This document shows, piece by piece, positions 24,423-36,909 of a stretch of DNA of 64,000 bases; the first letter of the stretch is position 1; every line of letters starts with the position of its first letter. The position numbers and the translations under genes are program-made. The stretch is from Octopus vulgaris (lineage: Eukaryota), in contig OX597814.1 of assembly GCA_951406725.2 (NCBI GenBank), forward strand, positions 208,382,001 through 208,446,000. The letters are read 5' to 3'. The notes beneath the pieces were generated by a model. It was not told the DNA's origin, did no database searches, and was given only the letters and a program-made list of their open reading frames with translations.

Positions 24423-24628
24423 AAGTCACTCTCTGCGTTGCCCAAAATTGTCCAGCAGTTTCTACAATCCAAGCTTCTGTTTTGTCACTGATTAAGAAGC
24501 TGTTGTCATACTTCAGGTAGGACAGAAGCGGTTCATCCGATACCCGGCCTCCCACTCCAACTGTTTCTAATAGCTTGATGATGATGTCTTTAGCTTCTTT
24601 TGCTGTTGCGCTGCGTTCAAGAGCCAAC
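24423..24628 (-). CDS. SCRN: Secernin coding exon 3
   Basis: (R)LALERSATAKEAKDIIIKLLE...YDNSFLISDKTEAWIVETAGQFWATQRVT. Acceptor cttttatctag|G completes the AG+G Arg codon; donor T|gtaagt (phase 1); 206 nt. Confidence 0.95.
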
Positions 24629-24721
24629 CTAGATAAAAGAAGGCAGAACAAAAGGGTAGCAAAAATTATTGTCAAATTTCCACAGACACTCAACACACAA
24701 AATACCATTAATGCAAATTAT

Positions 24722-25050
24722 ATCATCATCGTTTAACGTCCGTTTTCCGCGCTAGCATGGGTTGGACGGTTCAACCGGGGACCTGGGAAGCCAGGTGGCT
24801 GCACCAGGCTCCAGTCTGTTTCTACAGTGTTTCTACAGCTGGATGCCCTTCCTAACGCCAACCACTCCGCGAGTGTAGAGGGTGCTATTTACGTGCTACC
24901 GGCACAGGTGCCAGGGGAGTCTGGCAGCGGCCACGATCGGTTGGTGCTTTTAACGTGCCACCGGCATGGAAGCCAGTCAAGGCGGCGCTGGCATTGGCTA
25001 CGTTCAGATGGTGCTTTTTACGTTCCACCGGCACAGAAGCCAGTCGAGGC
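24722..25050 (-). mobile_element. Family B (RTE 3' end)
   Basis: Reverse copy about 95 bp upstream of the exon 3 acceptor. Confidence 0.8.
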
Positions 25051-25668
25051 GGGGATAAATTATTTTATGAAAGAAACAGATGATAAATTACTGAAACACA
25101 ATCTAAATAATGAAAGGCCTGATCACAGTTCATGAGTTTAAACCACTGCATGTGTTTAGTAGTGTTTCTAGAGCAAAACACTTGAGTCTCTTTTGCTTCA
25201 GTTCATTTAGCTGTGAGGAAATGCACCAGATCTGTTTCCTATGAGCTGTTTCTCTAGGGAGAGATTAATAAGTTAGTTACTTGATGTTATTAAACTAGTG
25301 TTTAGTACCAATCCTCAAGACCTTTGTGAGGCTGAGGAAGTAGAAGAGGAGAGAAAGAAAACCAAAATAGTGAAAAATTTCTTTAAAAATTAGAATAATA
25401 TAAGTTAAAATAAATCCTTTCCTGTGCGATTTTCCAGGAAAAGTAACATTCCCCCAAAAGAAGTCCAAAATATACTAATTGTTCCATTAAATAAATTAAA
25501 GTAATACAAACTTTAAAAAATTTTTCCTAGAGACATTATAAAATATATTTCAATATGGCTGCCAGTCCTAAGCCTTAACTCTGAATTAAGAAATGTTACG
25601 TGCTGGTTGTAGAAAGTCCACAAAACATGGAAAAAACTGATAAGTTAAGATTTGATGTTAGGCCTTAA

Positions 25669-25889
25669 TCCTATCGTTACTGTATTTATTTTGAGATGCT
25701 CTGTGATTCTCTCAATTATTTTAGATGTAACAAAGAATTTATTAAAATAACTTCGTTATCATTAAGCTCGTGTTAGAAACATAAATTGTGACTAAGGTTT
25801 GGTGGAAGATTTTAATTCAAAATTTATGAAAACAAGACATTTGTGCTACAGAGCCAGAGGCGGTTTCAGCCAGGTTGGTAACGAAAGGG
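25669..25889. mobile_element. piggyBac-type MITE (family E1)
   Basis: Same 221-bp body as 22784; TTAA at both ends; left TIR degenerate. Confidence 0.85.
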
Positions 25890-26744
25890 TTAAAGACAAG
25901 ATGCTATATAACTGAACCAATATGCTATACAGTAAATTCAACCAATTCATGCCAGTATAGAAAAATTGATGTTAAAATGAGAATGAGAGTAAAGGTTGAT
26001 GATCCATTGGTATTTATTTATATTTTTCTGAAGCCAAAGAACTTGACTCTGACTAATCATGTTTAGCTAGATGTAAATAGATAAGTAAAGTCAATCACTG
26101 TAAGAAGCAGGAACACTATACAATTCATGAGTGCTATGTTTGTTTGTGGAACTGAGTTCAGATTCTATGGTTTCTGGAAAAGCAGCATTAAGACATTCTA
26201 CTACTCAGGCTTCAGACCAAAATCTCTAATTGTCTTAAGCTGCTTTAGCTCTTGATCTGACTACTGGCTTTGATTGCTGGTTGCATGTATGGCTGGTGCA
26301 TAATAGGACAGAAATACATCTCATGCACCATTAGTCATTGTTAAGTAGATATCATACTAGAGTGCAAGAGACTTCATGACAATCATCATCATCATCATCA
26401 TCGTTTAACGTCCGTTCTCCATGCTAGCATGGGTTGGATGGTTCGACCGGGGATCTGGGAAGCCAGAAGGCTGCACCAGGCTCCGGTCTTATCTGGCAAT
26501 GTTTCTACAGCTGGATGCCCTTCCTAATGCCAACAAAATGTAGAACAAAGAATGGAACGCGAATAAGAGAATAGTGAAATATATGTACCTAAATGTGTTT
26601 TCGTTCAATAAACACACACAACGTCCGGTCTGGGAATCGAAACCGCGATCATCCCACTGCAAACCCACTGCCCTAACCACTGGGCCATTGTGCCTCCACA
26701 TAAACAATTATAAATAAACAATTATAATTGAACTAGTCACTAAA

Positions 26745-26912
26745 CCTCTTTTTATTTTCTCTCCTTCTTTATTTCTGTGTTCCTTTCTTTCAAAGAGCAT
26801 AGGCTCGAAACGTAAAAGACTTTCTCACTTCCCGAGTGTTAAACTAATACATATGTTTGTTGTTTACACACTCGTCTTCGTCTTCTGTTTTTTCTTGTAA
26901 ATTCTCACTACA
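26745..26912 (+). mobile_element. Penelope-like fragment with a degenerate hammerhead; second copy at 46690-46850 (-)
   Basis: cttt-ctttcaa-a-gagc atag gctc-gaaacgt-a-aaag at 26783-26818; ends in (TA)n. Confidence 0.5.
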
Positions 26913-27023
26913 TATATATATATATGTATATATATTTAATGTAGGATAAAATTTTTTTGAGAAAAAAAAAATTTTATCAATGGCCAGCATATTAAAAAAT
27001 ACCTTTAAAGGTTAAAATTATAA

Positions 27024-27184
27024 ACAACTTATAAATAAGGGCAAACGAAAAAGTTTCTAATGCCAAATATGCCGAAAAATTGGACATATTGTCCATTACC
27101 ATATAATTGGTAATGGGCAATATGTCCTATTTTTCGGCATATTTGGCATTAGAAAAATTTTTTCGTTTGCCCTTATTTATAAGT

Positions 27185-27187
<3 letters not shown>
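27024..27187. repeat. Near-perfect palindrome, ~78-bp arms, 6-nt loop
   Basis: acaacttataaataagggcaaacg...cattacca | tataat | tggtaatg...cgtttgcccttatttataagttgt. Confidence 0.92.
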
Positions 27188-27227
<40 letters not shown>

Positions 27228-27231
<4 letters not shown>

Positions 27232-27448
27232 CTTTACTGCCCACAAGAGGCTAAACATAGATGGGACAAACAAGGACAGAAAAAGGGATTAAGTCGATTA
27301 CATCAAACCCAGTGCGTAACTGGTACTTTATTTATCGACCCCGAAAGGATGAAAGGCAAAGTCGACCTTGGCGGAATTTGAACTCACAACGTAATGGCAG
27401 ACAAAATACGGCTACGCATTTCGCCCAGTGTGCTAACGTTTCTGCCAA
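27228..27448 (-). mobile_element. SINE family C
   Basis: Reverse copy between (TA)n tracts. Confidence 0.82.
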
Positions 27449-27467
27449 TATATATATATATATTGAA

Positions 27468-27742
27468 GTATATAATTATAAATATATAATTATAATTAAG
27501 GGCACAGGAAGGACAACGTCAATTTGTTAAAAGTAGGTGTCAAACCACTCTAAAATTATTCTCCTTTTGGCAATGTGCTGGTGGGACAATGCCAATATAC
27601 TAGAAGAAGATGTCAAATGTCTACAAACCTTGTGCCAAAAGAACAAATTTAGAGTGATTTGTAGATATTTGACTTCTACTTCTAGCGTTTTAGCATTGTT
27701 CCTCCGGTGCCCTTAATTATAATTATATATTTATAATTATAT
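27468..27742. repeat. Fold-back element with ~36-bp terminal inverted repeats
   Basis: tatataattataaatatataattataattaagggcac ... gtgcccttaattataattatatatttataattatata, with further partial internal complementarity. Confidence 0.8.
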
Positions 27743-27814
27743 AAAGAGGAAGACAACTTGTTTTAAATCTTTGAGTGAGACATATACAGTAACAGCACGA
27801 CATAGCCATTTCTC

Positions 27815-27845
<31 letters not shown>

Positions 27846-28199
27846 AAGAAAGAGGGAGAGAGAAAGAGAGTGTATGCATGTGTGTGTGAATGCATATGTG
27901 TATGAATGAGAAGATGTGAGTGCAAGTGTCTGTATGTGTGAGAGAAAGAGAGAGAGAGAAAGAGAGAGAGAGAAAGAAAGAGAGAGAGAAAGAAAGAGAG
28001 AGAGAGAGAAGAAAGAGAGAGAGAGAAAGAGAGAGAGAGAAAGAAAGAGAGAGAGAAAGCGAGCGAGAAAGAGAGCGAGAGAGAAAGAGAAAGAGAGAAA
28101 GAGAGTGTGTGTGCATGTGTGTAGGAAAGAGATATTGTGTGTGTGCATGTGTGAGAGAGTGTATGTGTGCATATGCGAGGGAGTGTGCATGTATGCATT

Positions 28200-29064
28200 G
28201 TGTGTGTGTGAGAGAGAGAGAGTGTGTGTGTGAGAGAGAGAGAGTGTGTGTGTGAGAGAGAGTGTGTGTGAGAGAGAGAGTGTGTGTGAGAGAGAGAGTG
28301 TGTGTGTGAGAGAGAGAGAGTGTGTGTGTGTGAGAGAGAGTGTGTGTGTGAGAGAGAGAGTGTGTGTGTGTGAGAGAGAGAGAGTGTGTGTGTGAGAGAG
28401 AGAGTGTGTGTGTGAGAGAGAGAGAGTGTGTGTGTGAGAGAGAGAGAGTGTGTGTGTGAGAGAGAGAGTGTGTGTGAGAGAGAGAGAGAGTGTGTGTGAG
28501 AGAGAGAGTGTGTGTGTGAGAGAGAGAGAGTGTGTGTGTGTGAGAGAGAGTGTGTGTGTGAGAGAGAGAGTGTGTGTGTGAGAGAGAGAGAGTGTGTGTG
28601 TGAGAGAGAGAGTGTGTGTGTGAGAGAGAGAGAGTGTGTGTGTGAGAGAGAGAGAGTGTGTGTGTGAGAGAGAGAGTGTGTGTGAGAGAGAGAGAGTGTG
28701 TGTGTGAGAGAGAGAGTGTGTGTGTGAGAGAGAGAGTGTGTGTGTGAGAGAGAGAGAGTGTGTGTGTGAGAGAGAGAGTGTGTGTGTGAGAGAGAGAGAG
28801 TGTGTGTGTGAGAGAGAGAGTGTGTGTGAGAGAGAGAGAGTGTGTGTGTGAGAGAGAGAGAGTGTGTGTGAGAGAGAGAGTGTGTGTGTGAGAGAGAGAG
28901 AGTGTGTGTGTGTGAGAGAGAGTGTGTGTGTGAGAGAGAGAGAGTGTGTGTGTGTGTGAGAGAGAGAGTGTGTGTGTGTGAGAGAGAGTGTGTGTGTGAG
29001 AGAGAGAGTGTGTGTGTGTGAGAGAGAGAGTGTGTGTGTGAGAGAGAGAGTGTGTGTGTGAGAG

Positions 29065-29096
<32 letters not shown>

Positions 29097-29478
29097 AGTG
29101 TGTGTGAGAGAGAGAGAGAGTGTGTGTGTGAGAGAGAGAGTGTGTGTGTGAGAGAGAGAGAGTGTGTGTGTGTGAGAGAGAGTGTGTGTGTGAGAGAGAG
29201 TGTGTGTGTGTGAGAGAGAGAGAGTGTGTGTGTGAGAGAGAGAGTGTGTGTGTGAGAGAGAGAGAGTGTGTGTGTGTGAGAGAGAGAGTGTGTGTGTGTG
29301 AGAGAGAGAGTGTGTGTGTGTGAGAGAGAGTGTGTGTGTGTGTGAGAGAGAGTGTGTGTGTGTGTGTGAGAGAGAGTGTGTGTGTGTGAGAGAGAGAGAG
29401 TGTGTGTGTGAGAGAGAGAGAGTGTGTGTGTGAGAGAGAGAGTGTGTGTGAGAGAGAGAGTGTGTGTGTGAGAGAGAG

Positions 29479-29546
<68 letters not shown>

Positions 29547-29610
29547 TGTGTGTGTGAGAGAGAGAGTGTGTGTGTGAGAGAGAGAGAGTGTGTGTGTGAG
29601 AGAGAGAGTT
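28200..29610. repeat. ~1.4-kb array of alternating short (GA)n and (GT)n blocks
   Basis: Read directly; roughly 20-bp higher-order period; preceded by (GA)-rich 27815-28105. Confidence 0.95.
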
Positions 29611-30439
29611 GTGTATACGTGTGTATGTGTCTGTGTGAAAAAGAAAGTGTATGCATGCATGTGTTGTGCTGTGTGGTGTGTGTGAGAGAGAAGAAGAGAA
29701 AAAGAAAAAGAAGATGAAAGACAATGCTGATCTCAGCAGGATTTGAAATCAGAATGCAGCAAACCAGAACAAATCCTGCAAGGCATTCCATCCAACATTC
29801 TATTGATGCTACCAATTCCACCCTCTTATGTCTATCATGACTGTACCACAACGTAGTAATAGCTTGTTTTGCTTTCAGATTATCTCTGCCTCACCATTGA
29901 CATTTCTATTTACTCTATATTTTGATATAATCTGATCTGTTTCCTCTGTTTCCTCTGATCATCTCCAATTGACCTATTTCTAAATATACACCTACCCTCC
30001 GGCTACATTTAATCTCAGAACCGTTTATATCTCAAATACATAGTTTCAAAACTATATAAACACAGTGTATTTTCATTTTACTTCAGAGTTTGTCTTTTTG
30101 CCCCATTTAGCCAAATTGATTTATAAATATAAATTACATTGGTTCATTATATATCAAACATGTCTAAACGAATTTAGTGCCACAGTGTATCAAACTCAAA
30201 CAGCGTCGATGGCACAGTACCAAAAGCTTCTGGCCATATGCATTCTGTAATTGGTGTAAATATACAATTAAAGACTTTGACAATGTTGTAATTAGATATT
30301 TCTGTCCAGATGAATAACTACATGATTCTCTCATGTAGAATGCCTTTAGAGGATTCCATAATACATAAGCATGCATACTCATAAAGATTCACAAACATAA
30401 ATACACAACTATACATACATACATACATACATACATACA

Positions 30440-30873
30440 TTATTATTATTATGGCTGCCCCCTCGTTATCGAGTATGGCCATTGCACGAAGCTTAACTGT
30501 TACTGGTGCTGTGATCGAATGTGACTTTTAGCCCAGCTAAAGATCAACAATGTCTTGTACAGAATTGGCAACTAAAACCTTTACTGGGAAATAGCCGGCT
30601 GTAGTTGTAACTGGACTTCATGTACCTTTGCATGTCGTTTAAGTCCTCCCGCCGAATTACACTCTCTTCCACATGCCCGACAGATATGATTAGTATGGTG
30701 TGTTACACCACCACCAGTGGCCAGGTTGTCACTCATCTGTCTCGCTTTATGACATACATACATGCATTATTATGGCTGCCCCCTCGTTATCGAGTATGGC
30801 CATTGCACAAAGCTTAACTGTTACTGGTGCTGTGATCGAATGTGACTTTTTAGCCCAGCTAAAGATCTACAAT
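30440..30873 (-). mobile_element. Tandem RTE-type 3' ends; one retains a C2H2 zinc finger
   Basis: HICRACGRECNSAGGLKRHAKVH; the ~105-bp terminus is repeated at 30447-30551 and 30766-30873. Confidence 0.7.
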
Positions 30874-31167
30874 ACATACATACATACATACATACATACA
30901 TACATACATCATCATCATCATCATCATCATTTAGCGTCCGTTTTCCATGCTAGCATGGGTTGGACGGTTCAACTGGGGTCTGGGGAGCCCGAAGGCTGCA
31001 CCAGGCCAGTCAGATCTGGCAGTGTTTCTACAGCTGGATGCCCTTCCTAACGCCAACCACTCCGAGAGTGTACATACATACATATATACATATATGCATG
31101 CCTACATACATACACGAATGCATACATGCGTATATACATACATGAATACGATGAATGTGTGTGAACT

Positions 31168-31945
31168 GCCATGCTTCACGGCAGTAAAGCTTGGGCCGTG
31201 ACTGCTGAAGACATGAGTAGGCTTGAAAGAAATGAGGCTAGCATGATCCACTGGATATGTAATGTTAGTGTGCACACATGAGAGAAATGTTGGACATAAG
31301 AAGCATCGGATGTGGTGTGCAAGAAAGACGTTTGCATTGGTGTGGTCATGTACTACGGATGGATGAGGAGAGCTGTGTAAAGAAGTGCCACTCCCAAACA
31401 GTGGAAGGAATCCGGGGTAGAGGGAGACTCAGGAAGACATGGGATGAGGTGGTGAAGCATGACCTTTGAACGTTAGGCCTTACAGAGGTAATAACAAAAG
31501 ACTGAAGCTTCTGGAGATATGCTGTGACTGAGAAGACCTGGCAAATAAAGTGAGTCCACAGCTGTATCCTATATCAGTGTTGCATAACCAGCCCACTCAA
31601 AAGTACTTTGGATTGTAGGATGACATGCCATGCTTGAGGAGACCTATTGAGTTAAGTAAAATCAAAATCAAATGGAAATTGTAGTTGTGATTTCCGTATT
31701 GGTGGCACGTAAAAAGCACCAACCAATCATGGACGTTGCCTGCCCCCTCTGGCGCCGGTGCCAGTGGCACGTATAAAGAAAAGCATCCACTACACTCTCA
31801 GAGTTGTTGGTGTTAGGAAGGGCATCCAGCTGTAGAAACACTGCCAGATCAGACTGGAGCCTGGTGCAGCCTCCTGGTTTCCCAGATCCCAGTCGAACCA
31901 TCCAACTCATGCCAGCATGGAAAATGGACGTTAACTGATGATGAT

Positions 31946-31946
<1 letters not shown>
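31168..31946 (+). mobile_element. RTE LINE 3' fragment plus family-B tail
   Basis: AMLHGSKAWAVT...QERRLHWCGHVLRMDEESCVKKC...GRGRLRKTWDEVVKHDL, then the family-B terminus. Confidence 0.82.
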
Positions 31947-31988
<42 letters not shown>

Positions 31989-32218
31989 GAATGCTTACAT
32001 ACATATAAGAGAACAAGGTGTACGTATGCCGCAATAACATATGTATAAAAAATATATATAGAAATACAAAATGGGACAAGAACGCAAAACATTCAAATAG
32101 ACAGTACAAAAAACGGACGGGTCATTCGAAGCCTCTAATCTTCAGTCAAGAACCGGATCATCCTCGCAATTTCGATATATATATATATATACACATACAT
32201 ATATACACACACACACAT

Positions 32219-32271
<53 letters not shown>

Positions 32272-32639
32272 AAGGGCATCCAGCTGTAGAAACTCTGCCA
32301 AATCAAGATTGGAGCCTGGTGCAGCCATCTGGTTCGCCAGCCCTCAGTCAAAATCGTCCAACCCATGCCAGCATGGAAAGCGGACGTTAAACGATGATGA
32401 TGATGAGGATAACATATGCATACATACATTTATACATACATACATACATACATACATACATACATACATACATACATACATACATACGTACGTACAGATA
32501 GACACAAATGCACACACATGCACATATAGATATACATGTATATATATTCACATATAACTATTATGCTATAAGTTAAGAAGATGCAATTATGAAGTAAATA
32601 TTGATGCTATGGGAAATGAAGTTTACAATGAAAATTAGT

Positions 32640-33022
32640 GGAAATATTGGTAATTACCGTGATGACGATAGTGATAATGATTATGATGATTACAAAAGCA
32701 ATGTTCATTCATACAATGATGATAATGAGTTAATGATGAGGATGTTGATGATGATGATGATGATGATGATGAGGATGACTAAGATGCTGATAAATATGTT
32801 TACAACACTGATAAGGATGAGAATCATTTTGATCTTAATGATTTGAACATGGATCAAAAGGAGGAGGAGAACGAGGAAGAAGATGACTGATGATGTTGAT
32901 GTCAACAGTGACGACCACAACGATGATGATGACAATGATGATGACAACAACAACAACAATGATGATGATGATAAAGATGATGTGATGGTAGTGGTGGTGG
33001 GGGTTGGGTTTTGTTTGTGGTA

Positions 33023-33075
<53 letters not shown>
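32640..33075. repeat. Degenerate (GAT)n-rich tract
   Basis: Read directly from the sequence. Confidence 0.85.
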
Positions 33076-33260
33076 AGAAGTAAATCAGTAATTTTTTGCC
33101 ATCCTGTAATCTAAAGTGAAATTCTCCGTGGACCAACATTGTTTTTTTCTCCCCAGTTCACCTATCAGAAAGATACTTGCAGCCACAGTCACCAATCACA
33201 AATCAGTGCGAATTGATAGTATGCAACATGCTTTCCCTAATTGTCTACGGTGACTGTGTA

Positions 33261-33440
33261 CCGTAAATCTTCGAGTATAGTCCGCCCTTTAGTATAATAC
33301 GCAGGGGAGTTTTAGGGGGCTGTACTTCTGAAAAACCTAAACCTTGTGTATAATACGCACCCCTTCTCTAACTTGAGTCGTGTGTAATTAAGCCAGCAGC
33401 ACCTAGTCGAACAAACACTTCCGTGCATGCGTAATACAAT
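33261..33440 (+). mobile_element. Tc1/mariner-pogo-like left end (single TIR)
   Basis: TA|CCGTAAATCTTCGAGTATAG with the repeated subterminal motif gtataatacgca; no matching right end found. Confidence 0.45.
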
Positions 33441-33840
33441 AATGATGATGTTCTTAACTGTTATATGGGAATGTAAATATGATTGCAAATTGTTTTTGTT
33501 ACATGTTATTCTGTGTTCTGAATACTTTTATTTTAATAAATGTTGCTTACTGCAAGTTATGGATGATTCTTTTATGACTTCATTGCTTTCAGGCTTAGCT
33601 TAAGGTATTTTCACGCCTGACATCACAAAATGTGTCTGAATAAACATTGCTGGACAGCCGATAGAGACTCGGACATTGCTTAGAAGATATTTTTCATTTT
33701 TAGCTTCGTATATAGTATGCACTATACTGTTGTTTGTGGAGACATATTTTTGTAGTAAAAGAAATAACAGCCCTCTGGCTGCTATCTCTAATACTTTCGG
33801 TATGTGGTCTAGCAACTTGTTGCAAAGACCCTCTTTGTTA

Positions 33841-33900
<60 letters not shown>

Positions 33901-33904
<4 letters not shown>

Positions 33905-34177
33905 TAATTTAGGGTATCTACAAGATACTGCCATGCTGAAAACAACAGCCAAAATCTGACTCTAGAACCACATTAAATGTTCATACAGCACAAGGAAAGA
34001 AGACAAAAAGACAAAATAAAACTAGCAAAACATTACTGGATAATTCCACTTGCTAGTTTTATTTTGTCTTTTTTCTTTCTCTCCTTGTGCTTTATGAACA
34101 TTTAATGTGGTTTTAGAGTCAGATTTTGGCTGCTATTTTCAGCATGGTGGTATCTCGTAGATACCCTAAATTATAAT
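33901..34177. repeat. Long inverted repeat, ~128-bp arms, 21-nt spacer
   Basis: attataatttagggtatctac...aaactagcaa | ttgctagttt...gtagataccctaaattataat; about 10 mismatches. Confidence 0.92.
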
Positions 34178-34295
34178 TTTAATAATAATTATTACCTTTG
34201 AAGGTTTTTATTTCCATGCTGGCCACTTGATAAGATCGCTATTTAACTTAAATTAACAATCTTATTGTTATTTACTCACACATATATATATATAT

Positions 34296-34951
34296 AAAAG
34301 GCATCAGATGTGGTGTACAAGAGAAACAACTACACTGGTATGGTCGTGCGATGAATATGGACAAGGACAGCTGTGTTAAAAAATGCCTATCTCTAATGGC
34401 GGAGAGAACGTATGAAAGAGGTAGGCCCAGGAAGACATAGGACAAGATGGTGAAGCATGATCTTCGAATGTCGGGCTTCACTGAGACAATGACAAGTGAC
34501 CGGGACCTTTGGTGATATGCCGTGCTTGAGAGGGTCTGTCAAGCCAAGTGAAACTGTAGTCATGGCTGATGCTGGTGTCACGTAACAGGCACCTGTGCCA
34601 GTGGCACATAAAAAGCACCTTCCAAATGTTGGGCCTCATAGAAGTGATAAGTGACTGAGACCTTTGGCAATATGCCGAGATTGAGAAGACTCATCAAGCC
34701 AAGTGAAATCATAGTTGTGGATGATGCTGGTGCCACATAACTGGCACTTCATACTGGTGGCACATAAAAAAGCACCTGTTATACCCTTGGAGTGGTTGGC
34801 ATTAGGAAGTGCATCCAGCCGTAGAAACCTTACCAGAACAGATTGGAACCTGGTGCAGCTCTCCAGCTCACCAGTTTGAGTCAAAGTGTCCAACCCATGC
34901 CAACATGGAAAGCAGACACTAAATGGTGATGATGATGATGATGATGATGAT
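34296..34951 (+). mobile_element. RTE LINE 3' fragment plus family-B tail
   Basis: GIRCGVQEKQLHWYGRAMNMDKDSCVKKC...RGRPRKT*DKMVKHDL; 3'UTR as at 14620-15690 but without the nested LINE. Confidence 0.82.
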
Positions 34952-35070
34952 ATAGTTTTTTTTTCCATTATTTGGTACAAAAAGTTAAAAGTGGCTCATA
35001 CACTGTTGCATGTAAAGTGATATATGTTTATCATATGTTAGGTAAACAGAATATACATATAAAAATTTGC

Positions 35071-35168
<98 letters not shown>

Positions 35169-35333
35169 AGAGAGAGAGAGAGAGAGGGAGAGAGAGAGAG
35201 AGGCAGACAGACAGAGATAAGTCTAATCCATATATCTATTTTGATAGGTATTGTATCCCAGCTGCTGATTTTGTGACTGCAATGCTATTTGCATAACAAA
35301 TATACATACATACATATACATACATACATACAA

Positions 35334-35373
<40 letters not shown>

Positions 35374-35789
35374 ACACACACATATATATGTATACATGCA
35401 CATGTATATATGTACATATGCACACACACACACACACACACACACCACATGCACACATATATAATAAGTACATGTGTATCACAGAGTAATGTGATACTCT
35501 CATGCAGTAGTATGTTGTTGAATGTGTGGGTGTATGTCTACTTCCCACCTGCTTGCTACTCTTGTTCATAGCTCACTGCAACTGTCTAGCTCCTGTGGTG
35601 AACTGGGAAGTAGTCTTCTAGTGCTTAAGTTTTTACAACTAGCACACAATCTCTCTTGCACCAAGACGTCTTGGCCAGGTCTCATTATTGTTACACAAAG
35701 TGACTACCTTGTGGCTCCAGATTAGTGCATCAATGAATCTTGGAACTGTTGTGGTTTCTGATATATAATGTGTAGGCCCGCTTTAGTGT

Positions 35790-36240
35790 GTCTTGTTTCT
35801 ATTCTTGGTCTCAAGCATTTGTCTTATGAAGAAAGGCTGAAGACGCTCGACCTTTATTCTCTAGAAAAACGCAGACGCCATGGTGATCTCATTCTTGCTC
35901 ACAACATCATAAGTGGAAAGAGTAACCTCTCGAAAGAGCTGTTCTTCACTCCTGCTCCAGAGCATCGGCTGCGAGGTCACTCTGAAAAGCTCTATCTGCG
36001 ACAATTTCATCTCAATCGAAGGAGAGGGGCTTTCTCCGTCCGGGTTGTGGATCCATGGAATAAGCTGCCGGACGAGATAGTGAAGATGCCGATGACCGCT
36101 CGGTTCAAAGTCTCTCTTGACCAGAAATGGCCTGAACTCTTTACATGAACACCACCCTGTACATAACTCCATATCCCCCTACATGGCCTTGCTTTTTGCT
36201 TTTTGAGCCAAAAAATTAACTAACTAACTAACTAACTAAT
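35790..36240 (+). mobile_element. CR1-type LINE ORF2 3' fragment with (TAAC)n tail
   Basis: GLKHLSYEERLKTLDLYSLEKRRRHGDLI...RLRGHSEKL...FSVRVVDPWNKLP: classic CR1 C-terminus. Confidence 0.88.
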
Positions 36241-36697
36241 CAACCATCATTATATTACTGTGTGCATGTCTAGGAAAATGAAGGTTAGGAGAGGACACTG
36301 CAAAAGAAACTGAACTTAAAATGTTTCTAAATAGTTGCTAGCAACTGTTGCTAAATTGCTCTCAAATCACACCTTGCTGCCTTAGAACAAATATAAGAGA
36401 AACTAGAAAACAGAGTTCTAAATAAATAAAAGGTAGATCGGGCACAACTAGTCCAGGTAACATTCCTCTGAAACTCATCCAAAATAATGACCAGTCTCAT
36501 AGAACAAGGCTATTCAAGTTAATCACAAGAATGTCAGGAAACTAAGATTGCACCTGTGTATCTAAACAACGCTCTCATCATTACTTTCTTTAAGAAAGGA
36601 GAGACAGACATGTGAACCTTTAAACATAATTTAGCAGCTCAGCAAAATCTTTAACATAATTTAGTAGTTCAGCATGGAAAAACGGACGTTAAGCGAC

Positions 36698-36818
36698 AAT
36701 GATGACGATGATGATAATGATGACGATGAGGATGATGATGATGATGAGGATGATGATGATGATGATGACGATGATGATGATGATGATGATGACGATGATG
36801 ATGATGATGATGATGATG

Positions 36819-36853
<35 letters not shown>

Positions 36854-36864
36854 ATGCACACACA

Positions 36865-36908
<44 letters not shown>
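36698..36908. repeat. (GAT)n followed by (CA)n
   Basis: Read directly; preceded by a family-B terminus remnant (agcatggaaaaacggacgttaa). Confidence 0.9.

Positions 36909-36909
<1 letters not shown>

Noticed and set aside
27737-29851. 600-700 aa ORFs in all three minus frames (HTHSLSL repeats)
   Set aside because: They are translations of the (GA)/(GT) array, which contains no stop codons in any frame; no domain content.
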